Assembly: GCA_964564735.1 (NCBI GenBank)
Contig: CAZMCH010000003.1
Span: forward strand, 32,006 to 96,005
DNA: 64,000 nt
Reading direction: 5' to 3'
DNA from: an uncultured bacterium
Lineage (GTDB): Bacteria > Poribacteria > DTPJ01
Shown: positions 31,038 to 37,658 of the stretch, piece after piece
How the letters are laid out: the number at the start of each line of letters is the position of its first letter
Position numbering within the stretch: position 1 is the stretch's first letter
Position numbers and translations under genes: made by a program
Notes under the pieces: generated by a model
What the model was told of the DNA's origin: nothing
Databases searched by the model: none
The model's input: the letters and a program-made list of their open reading frames with translations, nothing else

Positions 31038-32087
31038 TCAACTATATACACCATACCTAAAAGCCTCATCATACATTGCAATCACATTCTCAACAGGGAA
31101 CTCATCAAGCATAAGGTCGTGGCTTGCAGCAAGGCAATATCCACCATTGGGTGACATAATATCAATGACTCTACGAACTTCCTTACGGACATCTGCTTCT
31201 GTTCCTCGAGCCAAAATCCTTTGATGATCTATTCCGCCATGAAAAGTCAGCTTGTCGCCAAATTCAGCTTTTAATTCTGCTAAATCCATTCCCTTTGCAG
31301 AAACCTGAACAGGATTTAAGGCATCCAAGCCTAGTTCAACCAAATCAGGTATAATTTCTCTAACTGCCCCGCATGAATGGAACATCGTCTTATATCCCAC
31401 CTGCCTGCCTAATTTCAAAAATCGTTCAATATCAGGTTTGCAGAATTGCCTCCAATGTTTTAGAGATATAATAAGCGATTCCTGTGTTCCCATGTCATCG
31501 CCAAAGAAAAAAATATCTATCTTATTGCCAACAGCCTCAAAAAATCTCGTTGCAAGTTCATAATAAAAATCGCTTACTTTTTTGATTACAGCCTGCATAA
31601 CTTCCGGATGAGTGTGCATTTTGACAAAGAATTCTTCCATGCCTACAAGTTCTGTTGCATCTGTAAATATAACTACCCATGGACCGCCAATAATAGCATA
31701 TTCCCGCCATTTTTCGCATTGTTCTGATAACCCGCTGAAATCAAACCAATCAGGTGAGGGATAATGAGGATAATTCAAGACATCCTCAACAGTTTCAGCA
31801 TTTGCAAGCGGATGCGACATTGGTTGTCCATAATAGAATCCCTGGCGTTCTACTCCCCAGAAGCTTTTATTTCCCAAAGGCGGACCCACATATCTTTCTT
31901 TGACACGCCTAAAATCAATATGTAGTTTCTGCATCAGGTCCTCTTCGTCTTTTGCATTCATCTTCTTTATCAGCTTTTTTGTAAGACCCTCAGACGCACC
32001 AAACCATAAAGGCACTCTATCTGGTTTATGATGTTCAAATGCTGATAAAACTCTTTCTTTGCTGTTCATATTTTGTAAAATCCTCAA
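31038..32087 (-). CDS. Uroporphyrinogen decarboxylase (URO-D/MtaA-like) family protein, paralog 1
   Basis: 349 aa. N-terminal SKERVLSAFEHHKPDRVPLW and C-terminal FHSCGAVREIIPDLVELGLDALNPVQ are typical of the URO-D TIM-barrel family. Confidence 0.7.
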   Translation of the reverse strand: MRILQNMNSKERVLSAFEHHKPDRVPLWFGASEGLTKKLIKKMNAKDEEDLMQKLHIDFRRVKERYVGPPLGNKSFWGVERQGFYYGQPMSHPLANAETVEDVLNYPHYPSPDWFDFSGLSEQCEKWREYAIIGGPWVVIFTDATELVGMEEFFVKMHTHPEVMQAVIKKVSDFYYELATRFFEAVGNKIDIFFFGDDMGTQESLIISLKHWRQFCKPDIERFLKLGRQVGYKTMFHSCGAVREIIPDLVELGLDALNPVQVSAKGMDLAELKAEFGDKLTFHGGIDHQRILARGTEADVRKEVRRVIDIMSPNGGYCLAASHDLMLDEFPVENVIAMYDEAFRYGVYS

Positions 32088-32866
32088 AGCCTAAATACAT
32101 TAATAGTATTAGTTTCTGTAATGTTATTAAATTCACTTTCAGATAGTTCCGCTTCTTTTATTTTCAGGATAGCAGAACTAATAACAAAAAAAGGCGCATG
32201 TGTTCCAAATAAGAGCCTTTTAATATCATAAATTCGCATAATTTTTCTTAAAACATCAACATATTCTATATTTGATATATCAAGCCAAATATTAGGCAAT
32301 TCGTTGATCTGTTTAGCCATGCTTTGCGCTTCTTGCCATTTGATACCACCAAAGATAAAGCGTGTTTCTGGCAAATTTTTTGCGATACTTATAACTTCTG
32401 CAATATTTACATCAGGAACAATACAGATAGGATTTTGCGCTCTAACGTCTTGAACTCTTAATTGGACAATTACAGGTATATCAATTTTGTCAATTTGTTC
32501 AAGTAAATCTCTAGCATCATTAATTTTGTATTGATGATAATTTGGATATAGTTTTATTGCCTTTATATTGTATTTATCAACACAAGCATTAAGGTTTTTT
32601 TTCCAATTTTTCAGTTTGGGATTTAATACTGCAACAGGTATTAGAGAAGGAAAAGCCTTAAGCGAATTAAATAGCCCTTCATTTGCTAATTGTGGATCAT
32701 CATAAAATATGCCTTCAATAGACGAAACAAGGGCTTTATTAATCCCTTCTTTATCCATTTCTTTAAGCAATTCTATTGGAGAAGAAAAAGGCAATTGACG
32801 AAATACCCAGTTCCCAGCGCAAGCGTTTATATCAATCATATCAGTAATTTTATAATACATGAACAA
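32084..32866 (-). CDS. Amidohydrolase-2-like TIM-barrel protein (atypical N-terminal metal motif)
   Basis: 260 aa. Overall resemblance to COG2159-type amidohydrolases (LFGTHAPF near the C-terminus). The usual N-terminal HxH is replaced by IDINAC. Confidence 0.45.
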   Translation of the reverse strand: MFMYYKITDMIDINACAGNWVFRQLPFSSPIELLKEMDKEGINKALVSSIEGIFYDDPQLANEGLFNSLKAFPSLIPVAVLNPKLKNWKKNLNACVDKYNIKAIKLYPNYHQYKINDARDLLEQIDKIDIPVIVQLRVQDVRAQNPICIVPDVNIAEVISIAKNLPETRFIFGGIKWQEAQSMAKQINELPNIWLDISNIEYVDVLRKIMRIYDIKRLLFGTHAPFFVISSAILKIKEAELSESEFNNITETNTINVFRL

Positions 32867-33731
32867 TCAGGACAGCGATCCCTATATTAATTGCAACCGA
32901 TACCGCAGCAGCAGCTATATTGGCTTGTTTGCCAACTTCGTCACTCATTTTTGCTTTTGGTAGAAATACCCAGTCTGTAATCCAATAACCTATTGTCAAG
33001 AATATCAAAGCGACGATAACGTAAAGTAGAAAAGATAATATATCACTCGCCCATGATACTGATTCCCCACCCATTGCTGAACTGGCAATGTATCCAACAG
33101 CAAAAAGAAATCCACCAAAGCTGATACCCGCAGCAGCGTTGTTATCATTTTCTATTGTTCCATGAACATCATATCTGACCATAGCTTGATACCATAGTCC
33201 TGCAATGACAAGAATCGCCTGACCCAAAAGGAAAAATATCAGACATGACAACAAACCTTTCCACCACGCACCAGATACTTCACCACTTACAGATGAGCTA
33301 ATTATAAAGCCCGTTGCTATATATCCGCCAGCCAATACTGCACCTGTTCCAACATTTTTATCCTCAACAAGCTCTTTTTCGTCATTGAACTTATAAAGGA
33401 TTAGTTTATCGTTAATTAATGTTGCTACATTCATAAGAATAATAGCAATAACGCTATAAAGTGCTGTATTTGAAATGTCCATCCAGAAGTTTTTACTTGA
33501 AGGTCCCAATACAACACCTGCTATTGCTACTGCCAAACCGATATAATATCCAGCTTGTGTAATTCCAACAGCGGAATTATTCTTTCCTGTTAGCTCTTCA
33601 TCAATTTTATAGCGAGTTAAGAGATCATTGACAAGTTTTCCGATCCACATAGCTATTATTAAGATAGCAAGTAGTGCAAGGTCATAGGAAAATAGATATT
33701 TAAGAGTTTCTTTTAGTGTATCTAAAATCAT
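32850..33731 (-). CDS. DUF350-like repeat membrane protein
   Basis: 293 aa built of four similar two-helix units (e.g. NNSAVGITQAGYYIGLAVAIAGVV, VGTGAVLAGGYIATGFII, AAAGISFGGFLFAVGYIA, ANIAAAAVSVAINIGIAV). Confidence 0.5.
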   Translation of the reverse strand: MILDTLKETLKYLFSYDLALLAILIIAMWIGKLVNDLLTRYKIDEELTGKNNSAVGITQAGYYIGLAVAIAGVVLGPSSKNFWMDISNTALYSVIAIILMNVATLINDKLILYKFNDEKELVEDKNVGTGAVLAGGYIATGFIISSSVSGEVSGAWWKGLLSCLIFFLLGQAILVIAGLWYQAMVRYDVHGTIENDNNAAAGISFGGFLFAVGYIASSAMGGESVSWASDILSFLLYVIVALIFLTIGYWITDWVFLPKAKMSDEVGKQANIAAAAVSVAINIGIAVLIVHVL

Positions 33732-33861
33732 GGCTTTCCCTCCCTATACGGATTTATTATGTCTATTTGTATCTATAACACAAGAAGATTAATTACAATG
33801 CGATATTATCATAGATTATTTTTCTTGTCAAACAAATTTTTCTGTTAATTAACTTTTACTC

Positions 33862-33890
33862 TTGACGATTGGTGAGATTTGGGTTATCAT
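33862..33890 (+). promoter_or_regulatory. Sigma70-type promoter for tRNA-Leu
   Basis: TTGACG (33862-33867), 17 nt, TATCAT (33885-33890), 11 nt before the tRNA. Confidence 0.5.
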
Positions 33891-33901
33891 AAATCATAAC
33901 T

Positions 33902-33989
33902 GCCGGCGTGGTGAAACAGGTAGACGCACGGGACTCAAAATCCCGCGGGCCGTGGGTCCATGTCGGTTCGATTCCGACCGCCGGCACCA
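33902..33989 (+). tRNA. tRNA-Leu (anticodon CAA), class II with long variable arm, CCA encoded
   Basis: Acceptor GCCGGCG/CGCCGGC. Anticodon stem CGGGA/TCCCG with loop CTCAAAA. Long variable arm. T arm GTCGG-TTCGATT-CCGAC. 3' ACCA. Confidence 0.9.
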
Positions 33990-34088
33990 ATCCAAAACAT
34001 TGGTTTTATTGAGTTTATAGCTGACTCATGTTATCCTGCAATAATAAGCTGAATCAGCCAAGTGACAAATATGTGACATGGAAATTCC

Positions 34089-34217
34089 TTAGCCATTAGC
34101 AAATGGTAGTTTCAATACTTGCCTTTTAGAATGATCCTCTGAAAGATGGGCATATTGAAGAGTAGTTTCATAGCTTATATGCCCCATTAATTGGTATAAT
34201 CTCTTTGGTGATTGCCA
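34089..34217 (-). pseudogene. Tyrosine recombinase/integrase, extreme C-terminal remnant (about 42 codons)
   Basis: Minus-strand translation gives WQSPKRLYQLMGHISYETTLQYAHLSEDHSKRQVLKLPFANG*. It contains the LMGH-x-S-x2-TT-x2-Y-x-HL box with the catalytic Tyr region and is preceded by an in-frame stop. It lies 100 nt from tRNA-Leu. Confidence 0.65.
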
Positions 34218-34444
34218 TTAGTGTGACCGAATTAGTTTTTTATTGAAATGTAGGAACAGGTTTGAAAACCTTTTCCTACTATAAAAATAAGCGTAATATT
34301 TAATTCGGTTGACCATTAGATTATATTATTTATTAACGCCACTGCTTGGCACGAAATCTAACAGGAGCCACGATAGGGTTTTTTCAAAAAACGGTCATTA
34401 TGATTTAATTTCACTTTTCGCTTGACATTTTACCGCAATACTTT

Positions 34445-34667
34445 TGCTACAACTTGCTACAAGCCAAATTACAATATCGCCATCGGATATTGCTAATCTA
34501 TATCATTGTGAATTTCATTATAAATCCATATAAAAATTACATACCTCTCTCATGCTACAACGCTACAACATGCAGTCTTACGCCCATAGAAGCTTACTAT
34601 AATTTAATCTATGGCATATAAGGTTTGTTGCAATGCCTCTGCTCCAGCTTGCTACAACTGCCACAAG
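34445..34667 (+). repeat. Three dyads of direct (T)GCTACAA(C/G) repeats spaced about 100 bp apart
   Basis: TGCTACAAC-TTGCTACAAG (34445-34463). TGCTACAAC-GCTACAAC (34553-34569). TGCTACAAC-TGCCACAAG (34650-34667). Within each dyad the units are 9-10 nt apart. Confidence 0.7.
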
Positions 34668-34814
34668 ATAGATTATCAATTATACTCATAATACAGCATT
34701 TCCAAATTGGAATTAATATGGTAGAATCTGTAATGTAAAAAAAGTTTCACTCTATTGTCAGGTTTTGGCTCTCTGTGTCGTCTATATAGTCAAATCTTTA
34801 ATGGGAGTTACAGT

Positions 34815-36650
34815 ATGAGATTGGCAGATAGACATCTAATAAATGAATGCCTTAATGGAGACCCATCTGCATTCGGGATGCTAGTGGAACGATATAAGGA
34901 GGGCGTTTATGCACTGGCATATTCCAAACTCCATAACTTCCATGATGCTGAGGATGTAACTCAGGAGGCATTCATCAAGGCATATCAGAATTTGCGTGAA
35001 TTGAGAAAGCGGGATGAATTCCACGCATGGATATATGCCATTGCAAATAATCTATGCAAAGACTGGATCAAAGCTAAATCCAGACAGCCAGATAGTGAAT
35101 TCATAGAAGATCATGCTGAGTCATTGAATAAGTATCAATATTTACAGGACGATCCAACGATAGAGCAACTTAATGAAGCGCTGGAATTACTTCCTGAAAT
35201 ATATCAACAGGTATTGACACTGCACTATCTGGGTGGAATGGATGGCAGGGAGATGGCTGAGTTTCTAGGTGTATCGCCCAATTCCATCTGGCAGAGGCTT
35301 AGTAGGGCAAGATCGCTATTAAGGAAGGAGCTACTAGACATGATGAGTGATACTTTTGAGCATAATAGATTAAGGGTGGGATTTACATTCCGTATAGTAG
35401 AGATAATTAAGGGCATTAAGATTAATCCAATGCCACCAAAGACACTCCCGTGGGGATTATCCATCGCCACAGGGATAGTGATAGCTATTTTAGGTATTGG
35501 CACGCAGATTAATATAACTGATGGTGAGTCATACACATCAGCATCATCAATTGGTGAGGTCAGTGTTCTTAATTTTGGTGAGTTTCCTATTGATGTGATG
35601 AAGGCATCTGATATATCGGCTATGGCTAATGCAAACTCAAATGGCGATGGAGTAGGCAATACAGAGCCAAGCTTGCAGAATGCACTATTCATGGCACCAC
35701 AGGCAGAGGGTGGAACATGGACGAAGAAGGCGGATATGCCCAATGCTAGGCATTTTCATTCTTCTGGTGTTGTTGATGGAAAGATATACCTCATCGGGGG
35801 ATGTTTTCCATTCGGTTGGGCTTTATCGGTGGAAGAGTATGATCCGGTAACAGATAAATGGACAAAGAAGACTGATATGCCAACTGCAAGTGCAGGATTA
35901 TCAGTTGGTGTTGTGGACGGGAAAATCTATGCTATTGGTGGAGTCAATAATCTTGGCGCGAATGGTGCTGAAATAAATCTATCAATAGTAGAAGAATATG
36001 ATCCAGCAACAAATAAATGGACAAAGAAGACTGATATGCCAACCGCAAGATGTGGTCTATCAGTTAGTACTATAGATGGCAAAATCTATGCTATTGGTGG
36101 AGCTAATGCTGATAACTGGGGACTATCAACAGTAGAGGAATATGATCCATTAGTAGATAAATGGACAAAGAAAGCTGATATGCCAACTGGAAGGCGTTAT
36201 CTAAGCACGAGTGTTGTAAATGGAAAGATATATGCTATTGGTGGAAGCGATAAAGATGGCGTGTTACCAACTGTCGAGGAGTATGACCCATCACTGGATA
36301 GATGGACAAGGAAATCAGATATGTTGACTGGAAGAACCGATCTATCAACCAGTGTGCTAGATGAAAAAATCTATGCTATCGGAGGGATATTTAGAGACTT
36401 TGATGGAAGAACCGAGGAATATAATCCAGTAACAGATAAATGGATAAGGAAATCAGATATGCCGACAGCAAGATACAGATTATCTACCAGTGCAGTGAAT
36501 GGTAAGATTTATGCCATTGGTGGTTATGATTTGAATAATATCATTGCCACAGTAGAGGAATATGATACTGAATTTTCCAGTAAGAGCATAGACTTCAAAG
36601 GCAAACTCCCAACTACATGGGGTGAAATGAGAATGGCAATGAATAGATGA
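34815..36650 (+). CDS. ECF (sigma-70 group IV) sigma factor fused to a TM helix and a six-blade Kelch beta-propeller
   Basis: Region 2 (DAEDVTQEAFIKAYQNL...HAWIYAIANNLCKDW) and region 4 (VLTLHYLGGMDGREMAEFLGVSPNSIWQRLSRAR). TM segment LPWGLSIATGIVIAILGIGTQI. Six repeats of WT.K.DMPT.R...S..V.DGKIYAIGG. Start taken at the ATG at 34815 after GGGAG. Confidence 0.8.
   Translation: MRLADRHLINECLNGDPSAFGMLVERYKEGVYALAYSKLHNFHDAEDVTQEAFIKAYQNLRELRKRDEFHAWIYAIANNLCKDWIKAKSRQPDSEFIEDHAESLNKYQYLQDDPTIEQLNEALELLPEIYQQVLTLHYLGGMDGREMAEFLGVSPNSIWQRLSRARSLLRKELLDMMSDTFEHNRLRVGFTFRIVEIIKGIKINPMPPKTLPWGLSIATGIVIAILGIGTQINITDGESYTSASSIGEVSVLNFGEFPIDVMKASDISAMANANSNGDGVGNTEPSLQNALFMAPQAEGGTWTKKADMPNARHFHSSGVVDGKIYLIGGCFPFGWALSVEEYDPVTDKWTKKTDMPTASAGLSVGVVDGKIYAIGGVNNLGANGAEINLSIVEEYDPATNKWTKKTDMPTARCGLSVSTIDGKIYAIGGANADNWGLSTVEEYDPLVDKWTKKADMPTGRRYLSTSVVNGKIYAIGGSDKDGVLPTVEEYDPSLDRWTRKSDMLTGRTDLSTSVLDEKIYAIGGIFRDFDGRTEEYNPVTDKWIRKSDMPTARYRLSTSAVNGKIYAIGGYDLNNIIATVEEYDTEFSSKSIDFKGKLPTTWGEMRMAMNR
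35832..36570 (+). repeat. DNA-level tandem repeats (about 138-158 bp period) encoding the Kelch blades
   Basis: The unit GA(A/G)GA(A/G)TATGATCC...GATAAATGGACAAAGAAG.CTGATATGCCAAC recurs five to six times with high nucleotide identity. Confidence 0.75.
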
Positions 36651-36673
36651 GATACAATATTATCAATTATACT

Positions 36674-36734
36674 ATCATACTCCTGCTAGATGATTCCACC
36701 ATACTTAATCATTAAGCTATAGCAGGAGTATGAT
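36674..36734. other. Perfect 15-bp-stem inverted repeat downstream of the sigma-Kelch gene
   Basis: ATCATACTCCTGCTA (36674-36688) pairs with TAGCAGGAGTATGAT (36720-36734) across a 31-nt loop. No T-run follows, so it is not a canonical intrinsic terminator. Confidence 0.6.
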
Positions 36735-36871
36735 AATTAAGCCATACCCTATAACCCGCCGAATACCTTACAGCTATATGCTCTGCTTTATAAGCCCAAT
36801 ATAAAATTTAATATTGATCTCAAAGAGACAAAAAGATATAATGCAATCATCATAAAACCATTCCACTATAA

Positions 36872-37409
36872 ATGATGATTGATAATAACTGTAATGAAGC
36901 CCATTTAAGTGATGATGAGGATATATTTATTGAGAGTGATAAGGGAGATGCTGTCTATCTCATAGTCAATGGTCAAGTCAAGATACACACATTGGGGAAA
37001 CAGATTGCCATAAGAAAAGACAATGATTTCTTTGGTGAGATGGCAATAATAGATGATAGACCAATAAGCGCAACTGCAACATCAATGGGTGATTCATTAC
37101 TACTGAAAATAGACAGAGATGATTTCTTTAATGTCCTGCAAAGCAATACAAGATTCCTAAGCAATCTACTCAAAGCATTAGTCAGCAGGTTAAGAGATGA
37201 TATAAATGTTACAGTTTGAAGTAAGATCTATTGAGAGCGCGTGAATTGCAGGTGAATTATTGCCATCAGACGACTTGCATTATAAATCGCCCAATGGAAA
37301 TATAGAAGTTTCAGGTGTCTGTTATCCAGTAGAGAGTGTTGGTGGAGATTACTTTGATTATTTCCAGTTACCAGATCATAAGGTTGGCATGGTCATACAA
37401 AAAATATAA
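36872..37409 (+). pseudogene. Remnant of a cNMP-binding domain / PP2C (SpoIIE-type) phosphatase gene
   Basis: ORF 36872..37219 encodes an N-terminally short cNMP-binding domain (FFGEMAIIDDRPISATA). The +1 frame continues with ...IAGELLPSDDL...GVCYPVESVGGDYFDYFQLPDHKVGMVI, the start of a SpoIIE/PP2C domain. That part is interrupted by a TGA and ends before the metal-binding motifs. Confidence 0.6.
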
Positions 37410-37658
37410 TTTCCTATACAATAAAAAGGGGGGTATATTTTCTATGCACCCTTTAACTCCCCTAATATTTTTTAAACAAAAATAGCAATTTTATAGTCTT
37501 CTATTAAGTGGCTTATCCAAACAACAAAAATTTGTTTCTCCTTTATAATCATAATCAAAGGATGAACTTATAGAAAATAACAGACATTAAAAAGCAGAAA
37601 ATACACAATAGCGAATTTTGGCTAGTAGAAATAACATGTATCCCTACCAACCCTTTCT

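Noticed and set aside
34250-34279. The hairpin GTAGGAACAGGTTT..AAACCTTTTCCTAC was considered as an intrinsic terminator for the integrase remnant or tRNA-Leu.
   Set aside because: No U-run follows the stem on either strand (the T-run lies 5' of the stem on the plus strand). It is reported only as part of the element scar.
34347-34362. A TGGCAC motif suggested a sigma-54 promoter upstream of the sigma-Kelch gene.
   Set aside because: The required -12 element (TTGC about 5 nt downstream) is absent; the sequence is TGGCACGAAATCTAAC.
34445-34667. The GCTACAA repeat array was considered as a CRISPR-like array.
   Set aside because: The units are only 8-9 nt, occur as dyads with irregular spacers of about 100 bp, and have no palindromic repeat structure or cas genes. 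No CRISPR array exists anywhere in the window.
35225-35743. A 172-aa minus-strand ORF lies antisense to the sigma-Kelch gene. Other listed antisense ORFs include 1582-1782, 6917-7312, 13211-13471, 29127-29435, 48313-48612, 52190-52420, 54105-54335 and 58677-58910.
   Set aside because: All are embedded antisense within CDSs that have strong family signatures. They have no recognisable motifs or ribosome-binding sites and are typical shadow ORFs.
34672-36673. The 15-nt direct repeat ATTATCAATTATACT occurs at 34672-34686 and 36659-36673, exactly flanking the sigma-Kelch gene. It could be an att or target duplication.
   Set aside because: In sequence this AT-rich, a rough estimate gives several chance 15-mer repeats per 64 kb. 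There is no recombinase or further similarity beyond the 15-mer. It is kept as a note only. A genome-wide count of the 15-mer would settle it.
37243-37245. An in-frame TGA inside the PP2C-like reading frame raised the possibility of TGA recoding (genetic code 4 or 25).
   Set aside because: Many well-supported genes in the window terminate at TGA at the expected length (for example GT4 563-1855 and the LbH acyltransferase 20049-20609). The PP2C frame is also truncated and frameshifted. The code is standard and this is a pseudogene.
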